NCBI RefSeq assembly: GCF_015259125.1
Contig: NZ_JABZGR010000005.1
Reading direction: 5' to 3' (one strand)
Length of the DNA stretch: 64,000 bases
Source of the DNA: Alloprevotella tannerae
GTDB taxonomy: Bacteria > Bacteroidota > Bacteroidia > Bacteroidales > Bacteroidaceae
The notes under the pieces are model-generated. The model worked only from the letters and a program-made list of their open reading frames with translations. It had not been told where the DNA came from and made no database searches. Made by a program: the position numbers and the translations under genes. Shown here piece by piece: positions 21,139-33,000 of the stretch (position 1 is its first letter; each line of letters starts with the position of its first letter).

Positions 21139-21304
21139 CGAAGCATCGATTTTGTTTGTCTATTCCATATTTGCTTCCACTCTCTCGTAGATATAATCCT
21201 TTTATCTTGTTTACTGACGCTTATGTCTTTTTGAAACAAGACTATAGGTCGTAATTTTGCGCACAAGCATTTGTCTGCTGGAAATACCAACGTGAAAGTA
21301 TGGT

Positions 21305-21386
21305 TGTACCTTCACGAGCGAACGAGTGTTTTATCACGTGCGCACATTCGTACCCTCACGATGGTACGTTCATCCTCTCGTGATAA
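21305..21386. repeat. Dispersed near-palindromic intergenic repeat, copy B
   Basis: gtaccttcacgagcgaacg ... cgtaccctcacgatggtacg ... ctctcgtgataat. Confidence 0.65.
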
Positions 21387-21691
21387 TAGAAGAAGCGATC
21401 AAGAGAAACGTTTCCAATCCATACCTTTTCATAGATGCAACTCCAAAGTTAAATCGAGCATAATAGGTGTATCGCATAAAAATGCAGATTTTCAGAAAGC
21501 ACCTACAAAACAATTTATTAAAAGCGTTTATCTTATTGAATCACAAATAGTATTTAGATTCTTAAGATAAAGAAACAGAGATCTTTTTCAACATACAAAA
21601 ATATGGCATTCGCAAACAGTGAAAGATGACAGAAAAAATATGTGCCTTACTTTTGTATATTTCTCTGCGGTAAAGTAACTTTGCAGATAAT

Positions 21692-23713
21692 ATGATACAA
21701 AGAGAGAATCCATTCTTTGGTGCTTATCAGACACCACACGAAACTATACCTTTTGACCGCATCACTTTGCAAGACATTGAAGAGGCGATCGACAAAGGAA
21801 TTAAGGAAGAAGATGAAGAAATAGCAGCAATTGTAAGCAACAAAGAGCAACCTGATTTTGCAAATACAATTGCTGCTCTCGATACTACAGGCACGCTGTT
21901 GGGAAAAGCAACAAGCGTACTTTTCAACTTGTCATCAGCAGAAACGAATGACGAGCTTGATGCTTTAGTGCAAAAATACGCACCCATCTTAACCCAACAT
22001 GAAACGGCCATTACGCTGAATGAGGGGTTATATAAGCGTATTAAAGCAGTATATGATGCAAAGCCCACTTTAAATGAAGAGGAGCAGATGCTACTGGAGA
22101 AGACTTTTGAGGGCTTTGAACGCTCGGGTGCGACATTGAATGAAGTCGGAAAGGAGCAACTGCGTAAGCTTTCGACCGAGCTATCGCAGTTGACGGTGCA
22201 ATTCTCCCAAAATCATCTGAAAGAGACAAATGCTTTTACCTTGCATTTAACTAAAGAGGAGCAATTAAAGGGATTGCCTGAATCGCAAATTGAACAAGCG
22301 GCTCAAACGGCTAAAGAGCAGCAGACCGATGGTTGGATCATCACCCTGAAAGCTCCGAGTTACATACCGTTTATGACTTACGCGGATGACCGCGAATTGA
22401 GAAAGCAGCTGTATATGGCCTACAATACGCAGTGTACACACGACAATGCACATAACAACTTCGAGATCGTAAAACGCATTGTCAACCTGCGTCGAGAAGT
22501 AGCCCAATTATTAGGCTACGCAAGTTATGCTGATTTCGCGCTAAAGAACAGAATGGCAGAAAAACCGGAGCATGTGTATCAATTATTAAACGACTTGATT
22601 AAGCACTATAAAGCACCGGCAGAAAAAGAAATGAAAGCCATCAGCGCCTTATCAGATGAAGAGTTAAAACCTTGGGATTTTGCTTATTATAGTCAGAAAC
22701 TAAAGAAAAAAGAATTTGATTTGGACGCAGAAATGCTCCGCCCTTATTTTGAACTTTCGCAAGTAAAGAAAGGTATCTTTGGGTTGGCTGAGCGGCTTTA
22801 TGGCATCACTTTCAAGCAAAACTCGGACATTCCGGTTTATCATCCGGACGTAGAAGCCTTCGAAGTGATAGATGAGAACGGCGACTTCTTAGCTGTGCTG
22901 TATTGCGACTTCCATCCGAGAAAAGGGAAGCAAAGCGGAGCGTGGATGACCAACTATAAGGAAGAATCAGAGCGCGAAGGGCGACCATTTGTGGCGATCG
23001 TAATGAATCTGACTAAGCCGACGGCAGAAAAACCGGCCTTATTGACCTTGGGAGAAGTGGAGACTTTCTTGCACGAATTCGGACATGCGTTGCACGGTAT
23101 CTTTGCAAAGACGCGCTATGCGGCACTTAGCGGAACGAGCGTCTATTGGGATTTCGTAGAGCTCCCATCGCAGTTTATGGAAAATTATGCCGTCGAGAAA
23201 GAGTTCTTGTCTACGTTTGCAAAACATTACAAAACGGGCGAACCTATCCCAGACGAGCTATTAGCAAAGATTCGCAAAAGCAGGAATTTTAACGTTGCTT
23301 ATGCTTGTATGCGACAGGTTAGTTTCGGACTTTTGGACATGGCCTATTATACACAAACCGAACCTTTCACAGAAGACGTTCGCGCTTTTGAACAGAAAGC
23401 TTGGGCGCCGGCACAATTGATGCAGCAAGAACCGGAAACTTGTATGAGTGTACAGTTTGGCCATATCATGTCAGGCGGTTATGCGGCAGGCTATTATAGC
23501 TATAAGTGGGCAGAAGTGTTGGATGCGGACGCTTTCTCGCTTTTCCAAGAGACCGGAATTTTTAATAGAGAAACGGCCCGACGCTTCCGCACCAATATTT
23601 TGGAAAAAGGAGGAACTGTACATCCATTAAAACTTTATACAGCTTTCCGAGGAAAGGCTCCAAGCATCAATGCTTTGTTGATTCGCAACGGTTTGCCTAC
23701 GCCTAACGCTTAA
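21692..23713 (+). CDS. dcp: M3-family peptidyl-dipeptidase (Dcp) / oligopeptidase
   Basis: HEFGHALH zinc motif. 673 aa. Confidence 0.85.
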   Translation: MIQRENPFFGAYQTPHETIPFDRITLQDIEEAIDKGIKEEDEEIAAIVSNKEQPDFANTIAALDTTGTLLGKATSVLFNLSSAETNDELDALVQKYAPILTQHETAITLNEGLYKRIKAVYDAKPTLNEEEQMLLEKTFEGFERSGATLNEVGKEQLRKLSTELSQLTVQFSQNHLKETNAFTLHLTKEEQLKGLPESQIEQAAQTAKEQQTDGWIITLKAPSYIPFMTYADDRELRKQLYMAYNTQCTHDNAHNNFEIVKRIVNLRREVAQLLGYASYADFALKNRMAEKPEHVYQLLNDLIKHYKAPAEKEMKAISALSDEELKPWDFAYYSQKLKKKEFDLDAEMLRPYFELSQVKKGIFGLAERLYGITFKQNSDIPVYHPDVEAFEVIDENGDFLAVLYCDFHPRKGKQSGAWMTNYKEESEREGRPFVAIVMNLTKPTAEKPALLTLGEVETFLHEFGHALHGIFAKTRYAALSGTSVYWDFVELPSQFMENYAVEKEFLSTFAKHYKTGEPIPDELLAKIRKSRNFNVAYACMRQVSFGLLDMAYYTQTEPFTEDVRAFEQKAWAPAQLMQQEPETCMSVQFGHIMSGGYAAGYYSYKWAEVLDADAFSLFQETGIFNRETARRFRTNILEKGGTVHPLKLYTAFRGKAPSINALLIRNGLPTPNA

Positions 23714-23719
23714 AACACG

Positions 23720-24157
23720 ATGACGACAGCAGAGAAACAACAATTACTCGACAATCGCTACCTCCGTATGGCGCGTATATGGTCGGAAAATTCCTATTGT
23801 AAACGTCGACAAGTCGGCGCATTGATCGTTAAGGATAAAATGATTATCAGTGATGGCTACAATGGCACACCTTCCGGCTTTGAAAATCAGTGTGAAGATG
23901 AGCTAAACATAACAAAGCCTTACGTGCTTCACGCTGAAGCGAATGCTATTACAAAGATAGCTCGTTCGGGTAATAACTCTGACGGCGCAACGCTTTACGT
24001 GACGGACGCACCTTGCATAGAATGTAGCAAACTTATAATACAAGCCGGAATAAAACGCGTTATATACGGCAAGAAATATAGATTGACTGACGGAGTAGAA
24101 CTCTTAAAAAGAGCGCATATTGACGTTCAATATTTACCATTAAATGAGCAAGAATAA
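23720..24157 (+). CDS. dCMP deaminase (cytidine/deoxycytidylate deaminase family)
   Basis: HAEANAI and PCIECSKLI zinc-binding motifs. Confidence 0.85.
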   Translation: MTTAEKQQLLDNRYLRMARIWSENSYCKRRQVGALIVKDKMIISDGYNGTPSGFENQCEDELNITKPYVLHAEANAITKIARSGNNSDGATLYVTDAPCIECSKLIIQAGIKRVIYGKKYRLTDGVELLKRAHIDVQYLPLNEQE

Positions 24158-25949
24158 ACGTCGCTTCATCCCGCTACTCGTATCCATAGGTGTTGTAGTA
24201 GGTATTTTGCTTGGAAGTTTTTTTGCTTCCCATTTTGCTGGCAACCGCTTGAACATTATCAATACTTCCAGCAATAAGATCAACGATTTGCTTCATCTCG
24301 TAGACGACCAATACGTTGATTCCGTTAATATTCCGGACTTAGTAGAAAAATCTATGCCCGGAATCTTAGCACAGCTTGACCCTCACTCTACTTATGTCAG
24401 TGCAAAAGATGTAGAAGCTAGTATGCAGGGGCTTAATGGTAGTTTCTCCGGCATTGGGGTTCAATTTACAATCTACAAGGATACAGTTAGAATTATTCAA
24501 ATTGTAAAAGGCGGACCTTCAGAAAGCAAGGGCCTTCAAGCCGGAGACTGCATTACGGCGGTAGATGGCAAACCTTTCGTCGGCGAAGTCGTCACAAACG
24601 ATGAGGTATTAAAACGCTTGAAAGGACCAAAAGGCTCCAAAGTAACTTTAAGTATCAAGCGCGTGGGAGAAAAACGGATTTTCAATACAACAATCACGCG
24701 TGGAGATGTCCCGGTTAAAAGTATAGATGCCGTTTATATGGCTACGCCTTCAATAGGATACATTCGTATTACCTCTTTCAGCAGCACGACTTATCCGGAA
24801 TTCTTAGCTGCTCTTGCTAGATTAAATCAATCAGACTTTAAAGGCTTGGTTATCGATCTTCGTGGAAACCTCGGAGGTTATTTGGATGCAGCTGTAAAAA
24901 TTGCCAATGAGTTCTTACCAAAAGGTAGGCTGATTGTCTACACCGAAGGACGAAAATCTCCTCGACACGACTATGTAAGTGATGGTCGAGGAACATATCA
25001 AAACATCCCACTTGTCCTCTTGGTTGATGAAAATACAGCTTCAGCCAGCGAAATATTAAGTGGGGCGATACAAGATAACGACCGGGGAATGGTTGTAGGA
25101 AGGCGCACCTTCGGCAAAGGATTGGTACAAGAAGCCATTGAATTCAGAGATAATAGTATGCTTCGTCTAACTATTGCACGTTATTATACGCCCTCCGGTC
25201 GCTGCGTACAAAAACCATATAAGCCTGGGGATGAACTAGATTATCAAGAAGACTTGCTTTTGCGTGCAAAACATGGGGAATATTACAACGCAGACAGCAT
25301 AAGAGCAAATGGAGAAAAGTACAAAACGCGCTTAGGCCGTATTGTATATGGAGGTGGCGGCATCATACCAGACAAATTCATTCCGCTTGACACAATCGGA
25401 ATGACATCTTATTTTAAGGAAGCTTATTTGAATGGATTGATGTTTCAATATGCCTATGTGTTTACAACGACTCATCACGAGGCGCTAAGCAAGTATAAGA
25501 CTGAAGGTGAGGTCGTGAACTATTTACACAAACAAGATTTAGTCAACAACTTTGCGACTTTCTCAGCTCAAAATGGACTTCGCCGACGCAATAATCTGAT
25601 TAAGGAGTCTGCCTCATTGATTAAACGCTATATCATCACAAGAATTTTGGACAACCAACTAGGTGTTCAAGCCTCAATAGAATACGCAAATAGCTTTGAT
25701 ATGGGAGTTAAAACCGCAATTGCAATAATTGAGTCTGGTAATGCTTTCCCAAAAGTATCGACATCGCAAACGAATAATACGACAGCTGCTATTTCCCCGT
25801 CATATTCATTGCAATATGGAGCCAATGCTCAATTGGCAAAAGCATACTTCTTTTCGCCCTTTGTATGCTTTCAAAACGATGGATTGTATGGCGTTGCGGG
25901 CGAAGACTTCGATAAACAACAGAAAAAGATATTTCTCTATTTCGTTTAA
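24144..25949 (+). CDS. ctpA: S41 carboxyl-terminal processing protease
   Basis: PDZ (GLQAGDCITAVDG). S41 core (LLVDENTASASE...GKG). It overlaps the deaminase gene by 14 bp. Confidence 0.8.
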   Translation: MSKNKRRFIPLLVSIGVVVGILLGSFFASHFAGNRLNIINTSSNKINDLLHLVDDQYVDSVNIPDLVEKSMPGILAQLDPHSTYVSAKDVEASMQGLNGSFSGIGVQFTIYKDTVRIIQIVKGGPSESKGLQAGDCITAVDGKPFVGEVVTNDEVLKRLKGPKGSKVTLSIKRVGEKRIFNTTITRGDVPVKSIDAVYMATPSIGYIRITSFSSTTYPEFLAALARLNQSDFKGLVIDLRGNLGGYLDAAVKIANEFLPKGRLIVYTEGRKSPRHDYVSDGRGTYQNIPLVLLVDENTASASEILSGAIQDNDRGMVVGRRTFGKGLVQEAIEFRDNSMLRLTIARYYTPSGRCVQKPYKPGDELDYQEDLLLRAKHGEYYNADSIRANGEKYKTRLGRIVYGGGGIIPDKFIPLDTIGMTSYFKEAYLNGLMFQYAYVFTTTHHEALSKYKTEGEVVNYLHKQDLVNNFATFSAQNGLRRRNNLIKESASLIKRYIITRILDNQLGVQASIEYANSFDMGVKTAIAIIESGNAFPKVSTSQTNNTTAAISPSYSLQYGANAQLAKAYFFSPFVCFQNDGLYGVAGEDFDKQQKKIFLYFV

Positions 25950-26003
25950 TAGCTCCTTACACACATGAATGCAACTTAACAAGTTGCTCTACTCATTTAT
26001 ATA

Positions 26004-27110
26004 ATGGCAGGTCTATATGTGCACGTTCCGTTTTGTGCTTCACGTTGCATTTATTGTGACTTCTATTCTACGACCCAAACAACAGAGCAAAGGGAGCGAT
26101 ATACTAAGGCACTCATTGACGAAATAAAGGCACGTGCTGGACGATGGGATGACACTTTTCAAACAATTTATTTTGGAGGGGGTACACCATCACAATTGTC
26201 TATAGCGGAAGTCTCACACATAATAACAGCTATACAGACCTTACTACATATCTCGCCATCAGCAGAGATTACTTTTGAGGCAAATCCAGACGATATTAAC
26301 GAAAACTATGTCAAGCAACTCAAGTCGCTTGGGATAAATCGCATTAGTTTGGGCGTACAAACTTTCGATGATGCCCGCCTTCACTTTCTACGTCGGCGAC
26401 ATACCGCAAAAGAAGCAGTCAAAGCTGTAGAGACAACCTCTACAATTATCGAGAATGTTAGTTTGGATCTTATCTATGGATTACCCAACCAAACACTATC
26501 TGATTGGGAAACAGATATTCGTCAAGCTCTCCAACTTCCAATTAAGCATCTTTCTTCTTATGGGTTAACAATTGAAGAAGGAACCCCACTGTTTCAACTT
26601 CGACAAAAGCAAATAATCAAAGAGGTCAAAGAAGATATAATTAGGGCTATGTACGAAATGCTCATGCTTCAAACGGAACAAGCTGGAATGCAACACTACG
26701 AGATCTCTAATTTTGCATATCCCACATACCACTCTCAACATAATCACAACTACTGGTTAGGACTCCCTTATTTAGGGATTGGACCAGGCGCCCACTCTTA
26801 TAAAAGATACACGCGTAGGTGGAATAAAGGTGACCTAAACTACTACCTACAACATCCAGGACAACCACTTTTCGATTTTGAACAGTTAAATGAAGATGAG
26901 CACTTCGATGAGATGTTGCTTTTACGCCTCAGAACTAAAGAAGGACTTTCCTTGAACGAATTAAAGCCACAAGATAGAAACTATTTACTTTCTGTAGCCT
27001 CCCCTTTCATCAAACAAGGATACTTACGTCTTCTAAGAGAAAACTTACACCTTTCTAAACACGGCATTTTTATCTCTGATTACATAATATCCTCTCTGAT
27101 GAAAGGATGA
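26004..27110 (+). CDS. hemW: Radical-SAM heme chaperone HemW (HemN-like)
   Basis: CASRCIYCDF matches CxxxCxxC. HemN C-terminal domain. Confidence 0.85.
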   Translation: MAGLYVHVPFCASRCIYCDFYSTTQTTEQRERYTKALIDEIKARAGRWDDTFQTIYFGGGTPSQLSIAEVSHIITAIQTLLHISPSAEITFEANPDDINENYVKQLKSLGINRISLGVQTFDDARLHFLRRRHTAKEAVKAVETTSTIIENVSLDLIYGLPNQTLSDWETDIRQALQLPIKHLSSYGLTIEEGTPLFQLRQKQIIKEVKEDIIRAMYEMLMLQTEQAGMQHYEISNFAYPTYHSQHNHNYWLGLPYLGIGPGAHSYKRYTRRWNKGDLNYYLQHPGQPLFDFEQLNEDEHFDEMLLLRLRTKEGLSLNELKPQDRNYLLSVASPFIKQGYLRLLRENLHLSKHGIFISDYIISSLMKG

Positions 27111-27224
27111 AGCGATGAATTTATCATTAAGATTATCGTCATTCATTATATAAATTTTGTATTTTTGCCAATGAAATCAAGAATACTACTTAATTCATAA
27201 GTCCATAAAACAAATAAACACCCG

Positions 27225-28349
27225 ATGGGCCTGCAGTTTACAAAAAAGATTTTTCTCCTTTTATTCCTTTCGATACTCTGTTATCTACATCTATCTGCAC
27301 AACAAGTTATCTTCTATGAAGACTTCAGCACGTGTAATGGCTCTGGAGGTAACGGCGAATCTTGGGGAAAAGGAGGAACAAAGAAAACAGCAGAATTAGA
27401 TTCCACAAAATGGGAGTCTCATGAAAATCTATATCAAGGTAACAAATGCCTAAGGCTTGGGAGCATAACATATCCTTCAGCATCCATAATCACAAAAGGC
27501 TTGAATTATAAAGGCCCCTGCATCTTATCTCTCAGAGCTGGCAGATGGAGCAACAAGACATTGAAAAAACTACAGATTGAAATAATGAGAACCTGTAAGG
27601 ATAGCTTGATAGAAATAGAATTCAAACAAGCCGGACATTTCTATTATTACCAACTGTACATACCAGATATGACAGAAGATACTCGCTTTGCATTCACAAA
27701 TAAAGGATCTGGTAAGAATATTTTTTTGTTAGACGATATAAAAATCATTGCTGGCACACCCACATCGTTTACACAAACTATCAGCGACGTAGGCTACTCT
27801 ACTTTATATTTTAATAAGCCTTTAGTGCTGCCAACAGGACTAATCGCACATACAATCCAAGAAAAAGAGGACCATTTGTATTACAATCAGACATATAATG
27901 AAGGTGATATACTTCCCCCTGAGACCGGACTTGTTTTGGAAGGAAATAAAGGTAGTTACGTCCTAGAGGAACCTATGCAGGCCTGCGAAATCTACCCTGA
28001 GAATCTTTTAAAGGGAGATACCACAACTGCTATGATTAAAGAAGAAAGCGAGCACAGGTATTATATGCTTTCATTAGATGAGCATCAAACACCAGGTTCA
28101 GCTGGTTTCTACTATGGCAGTCCCAACGGAAAGCCTTTCGAATCTCAAGCCTATAAAGCATATTTATCACTTCATGAAGAACTCGCAAAAAGAATTAAAG
28201 GTTTTCCACTCTCTCAGATTACAACCGGATGCCTACAACAACTCAAACGTGAGAAGAATAATTCGATTTACGACCTGCAAGGGAGGAAGAGGAATAATGT
28301 ACAGCCCGGACTTCAAATCATCAATGGAAAAAAATACATTCTCCGATAA
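27225..28349 (+). CDS. Hypothetical secreted protein
   Basis: Signal peptide. No recognised domain. The gene and the 650 bp downstream look AT-rich. Confidence 0.4.
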   Translation: MGLQFTKKIFLLLFLSILCYLHLSAQQVIFYEDFSTCNGSGGNGESWGKGGTKKTAELDSTKWESHENLYQGNKCLRLGSITYPSASIITKGLNYKGPCILSLRAGRWSNKTLKKLQIEIMRTCKDSLIEIEFKQAGHFYYYQLYIPDMTEDTRFAFTNKGSGKNIFLLDDIKIIAGTPTSFTQTISDVGYSTLYFNKPLVLPTGLIAHTIQEKEDHLYYNQTYNEGDILPPETGLVLEGNKGSYVLEEPMQACEIYPENLLKGDTTTAMIKEESEHRYYMLSLDEHQTPGSAGFYYGSPNGKPFESQAYKAYLSLHEELAKRIKGFPLSQITTGCLQQLKREKNNSIYDLQGRKRNNVQPGLQIINGKKYILR

Positions 28350-29001
28350 CCTAGGAATACCCAACCCATATGTCATCCCAAAAGCAAAAGCAAAAGCAAT
28401 ACCAACCCCTTCGCATCGAAAGTATAAATCTTGAATTGTCAACCCAATTCATCGCCTCATCCCCACTAAAGATCCACGAGAATGAAGGTAGTCATCATCA
28501 ATTATCCATAGAATTAAACGATTTTGATACTGATAAAGACACCATAGAATAACAATTCTTTATCATCTAAAATCTCAGCAAGAGTTTATATGCCTCAGCT
28601 CGATTTAAGAATGCCATTATATTCTAGGATCTATAGCACTTGATTCTCGTTTTTGCATTTGTTTAGATTAAAAGAAAATTCATTCACAACTCTAATGCCT
28701 TTGAACAAAGCCACTTAAAAAGAATCATATGCTTATGAGTCGATGAGTTTCAACAATTAATTCACGAAAGACAATCACATTTAGAGGTATTGTTTTAGCT
28801 TACCAATAAACATCAATGAATTCAAGTAAACGCTTCTAAATGCTCATAAACTGCATAACAGATCTCACTTAAGTAAAGGATTGAGATGAATTACAGTAAG
28901 ATTTCCGGCTTAAATATTTGTTTGTGCGGGAAATACTTAGTATTTTTGCAACCGCTTAAGTTTAGACAATTAGTAAAAGAAATAATAAAAGAATCGCAGC
29001 A

Positions 29002-29256
29002 ATGAAAAAAGGTATCCATCCTGATAACTATCGTCCCGTTGTATTCAAGGATATGAGCAACGGCGATGTTTTTCTCTCTCGCTCTACTTGCAAAACCAAC
29101 GAAACGATCGAATTTGAAGGCGAAACTTATCCTTTGATTAAATTGGAAATTTCTAGTTCTTCTCATCCGTTCTACACAGGAAAGACGAAGCTCGTTGATA
29201 CTGCAGGTCGTGTAGATAAGTTTATGAATCGTTACGGTAATTCTCGTAAGAAGTAA
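29002..29256 (+). CDS. rpmE2: 50S ribosomal protein L31 type B
   Basis: [29 protein letters not shown]... The type B paralog lacks the CxxC Zn-ribbon. Confidence 0.9.
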   Translation: MKKGIHPDNYRPVVFKDMSNGDVFLSRSTCKTNETIEFEGETYPLIKLEISSSSHPFYTGKTKLVDTAGRVDKFMNRYGNSRKK

Positions 29257-29285
29257 TTATAATAGATTCTTTTAAGCATACAACA

Positions 29286-29325
29286 AAGCCGAGGTTCTTA
29301 ATAAAAAGAGTCTCGGCTTTATCGT
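29286..29325 (+). terminator. rpmE2 terminator hairpin
   Basis: aaagccgag ... ctcggcttt stem followed by a T-containing tail. Confidence 0.5.
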
Positions 29326-29465
29326 TTCTATTAGGTATGAAGAAATTCGTGCTTATCATCTTTAATCACTTGTATCTACACGAACTAACCCATACTTTAA
29401 ACACTTCGACTAGAATCTTTGCAAATCAATCTCTCTTAAAGTGGATACTTTGCTCTGAAAGAAAA

Positions 29466-29850
29466 AAGAAAGCAGTCGAACTATAAGCCGGGTTCTGTAC
29501 ACAAAAGAGTGTGTCCGTCATTTATCCGCATTTATTGTCACCAATAAACTGTATCGTTCCACCCTCTGGCGCGCTACGCTCGGACGGGCCGCCCTCTAAC
29601 GCCAGTTTACATGAACTTTCAGCAATCGATGTGTACGGCTTGTGAGTCACCCCACAACCGGTAAGCTCTTACCTCACCTTCTCACCCTTACCTTATATTA
29701 AATATAAGGCGGTTATTTTCTTCTACACGAATTTGCCTTCACAGACAACTTCCCATTAAGAAGCGATTTGCCCTATGCTGCCCGGACTTTCCTCCTACAT
29801 TATATAAATGTACGCGACGGACCATCCGACTGCTTTCTAGCTGCAAAGGT
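29466..29850 (-). ncRNA. rnpB: RNase P RNA (bacterial type A)
   Basis: The minus strand contains GGAGGAAAGTCCGGGC (universal P4 GGAAAGUCCGGGC) and, near the 3' end, ACAGAACCCGGCTTA (conserved P4 partner). A P1 helix pairs GAAAGCAGTCGG (5') with CGACTGCTTTC (3'). Confidence 0.85.
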
Positions 29851-30008
29851 ACGACAGAAGTAACAGAAGCCCAAAAGATGAATAGGCTTTTCTTCATTCC
29901 TAACCACTTGCATTAGCTTAGAAAGAAATTCAAAAGAAAAGTATTCCGATAAATTTGGTCTTTCTTTTGCCAAGCACTAATTTTGCCTCATAAATCAATA
30001 TCTACTAT

Positions 30009-33000
30009 ATGATTCTCTTCTTTTCCAATACAACCTATAATTATATCGTTGTAGAAACTACCGAAACATTGAGTCCGAAGAACCTTGAAGCGCTTTGTTG
30101 GCTCTTTGGTGATGCTAAGCTTAAACATGAACAAACAATCGAAGGTTGGTTTATTGGGCCACGTCCGGAAATGATTACTCCCTGGAGTACCAATGCCGTT
30201 GAAATCACGCAAAACATGAATATACAGGGGATCACTCGTATAGAAGAGTTCTTCCATGTTGAGGATGAGACGGCTGAATATGACCCAATGCTCCAGCACC
30301 TCTATCATAACCTTGGCCAAAACGTATTTATAACAAAAAGAGAACCAACTCCTATCCAATTTATAGAAGATATTGAACGCTACAATGAAGAAGAAGGGCT
30401 GGCTTTATCTGCTGCGGAAATTACCTATCTTCACAATGTTGAAGAGCAACAAGGCAGACGCCTGACAGATTCCGAAATATTCGGTTTTGCACAAATCAAT
30501 TCAGAGCATTGTCGTCACAAAATCTTTGGAGGAACCTTTATTATTGATGGAAAAGAGATGCCCTCCAGCTTATTTGCTATGATAAAAAAGACGACCAAAG
30601 AGTATCCCCACAAAATTGTTTCTGCCTACAAAGACAATGTAGCCTTCTCTGAGGGGCCCACGATAGAGCAATTCGCTCCGCAAGACCATTCAACCAGCGA
30701 CTACTTCATCATTAAGGATATAAAGAGTGTAACTTCTCTTAAAGCTGAGACACATAATTTCCCGACGACTGTAGAGCCTTTTAATGGCGCAGCAACAGGA
30801 ACGGGCGGCGAAATCAGAGATCGTATGGCCGGAGGTACAGGCTCGTGGCCCATTGCTGGAACTGCGGTCTACATGACAGCTTATCCGCGTTTAGATGGTG
30901 GACATCCTTGGGAAGATATTTTGCCTGTGCGCAAGTGGCTCTATCAAACACCTGAGCAAATTCTGATTAAAGCCTCCAATGGGGCAAGCGACTTTGGCAA
31001 CAAGTTCGGTCAACCACTGATCTGCGGCTCTGTTCTCACTTTTGAGCATCAAGAAAACGGAGAGAAATACGGCTATGATAAAGTTATTATGCTTGCCGGC
31101 GGTGTCGGATACGGCACAAAGCGCGACTGCTTAAAGGGTGAGCCTGCAAAAGGGAACAAAATCGTCGTCGTAGGTGGCGACAATTACCGCATAGGTTTGG
31201 GCGGCGGCTCTGTATCTTCCGTTGATACGGGCAGATATAGCAGCGGTATCGAGTTGAATGCTGTTCAGCGCGCCAATCCGGAAATGCAAAAGCGTGCCAA
31301 CAACTTGGTTCGCGCATTGTGCGAAGAGGAAGTTAACCCCGTAGTCTCAATTCACGATCATGGATCTGCAGGGCACGTCAACTGTTTATCAGAACTCGTC
31401 GAGGAATGTGGAGGATTGATCGAGATGGACAAGCTCCCCATCGGCGACCCTACGCTCAGCGCTAAGGAAATCATAGCAAATGAGAGCCAAGAACGCATGG
31501 GACTACTTATCCAAGAAGAGCATCTCGCACACGTTCAAAAGATTGCCGATCGCGAACGCGCTCCGATGTACGTCGTAGGCGAAACAACCGGAGATGCTCA
31601 CTTTGCTTTCCAACAAGCAGACGGTGTTCGGCCGTTTGATTTGGATGTTGCTCAAATGTTTGGCCATTCGCCCAAGACAATTATGCAAGATGAAACGGTT
31701 GAGCGCAAATACGAGAATGTCGTTTATCAAAATAGCCAATTAGAAGAGTACTTAACGCAAGTTCTACGATTAGAAGCTGTGGCTTGTAAGGATTGGTTGA
31801 CCAATAAAGTAGACCGCTCTGTAACCGGAAAGATTGCACGGCAGCAATGCGTGGGAGAATTACAACTGCCTTTAGCTGACTGCGGCGTCGTAGCCTTAGA
31901 TTATCGCGGCAAATATGGTATAGCCACAGCCATCGGCCACGCACCTCAGGCCGGTTTAGCTTCGCCTCAAGCCGGTAGTGTTCTTTCTGTTGCAGAAGCT
32001 TTGACCAATATCGTGTGGGCTCCCTTAAGCGAAGGACTGGATAGTGTTTCATTATCAGCCAACTGGATGTGGCCTTGCCGCTCACAAAAGGGCGAAGACG
32101 CGCGCCTTTATCAAGCTGTTGAAGCACTAAGCGACTTCTGTTGCGACTTGAATATCAATGTCCCGACCGGAAAAGATAGTCTTTCACTCTCTCAGCAATA
32201 TCCTGATGGCGAAAAGATCATCTCTCCGGGAACGGTCATTGTTTCTGCCGGTGGAGAGGTTGATAACATAAGACAGGTAGTGACACCCAATCTCAAAGAT
32301 GTCAATGCTTCAAAACTTTATCATATAGATTTCTCCTTTGACGACTTACGTTTAGGCGGCTCCGCCTTTGCTCAGACGCAGAAGAAGGTAGGTTCTGATG
32401 TGCCGGTGGTAAAAAATCCTGACTATTTCCGCGATGCCTTCAATGCCGTACAGCGTCTTGTGAAGCAAAACTTATTACTTGCCGGCCACGATATATCTGC
32501 GGGTGGTCTGATCACGACTTTACTCGAAATGTGCTTTGCTAACGTCAACGGAGGTTTGGAAATCAACCTCGACGCATTTGTCGGAGGAGATTTAATCAAA
32601 ATTCTCTTTGCAGAAAATCCCGGCATCGTCGTTCAAGTGGCCAATGAAAATGAGGAAGCCTTCCAAGAGCTGCTTGATGAAGAAGGAATCGGCTATGCGC
32701 TTATCGGCGTACCGACTGAGGAGCGCCATATCCTGCTCAAACAAGGCAATGCCACTTATCAATTGGGCATAGATTATTTGCGTGATGTTTGGTATGAGAC
32801 GTCTTACCTCTTAGATTGCAAACAAAGTAAGAACGGTTGCGCAAAATTACGTTTTGAAAACTATCGCCAACAGCCCTTGCAGTTTGATCTGTCTACACTT
32901 AAATTTAACGGAACGTTTAAATCTTTAGATATAAATCCTGATCGCCGAGAGCCCAGCGGCTTGCGGGCAGCCATCATTCGCGAAAAAGGCACTAACGGAG

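Noticed and set aside
21271-21570. 99-aa ORF in the MBL-to-dcp intergenic region
   Set aside because: It overlaps repeat copy B, has odd composition and no recognisable domain. It is probably non-coding.
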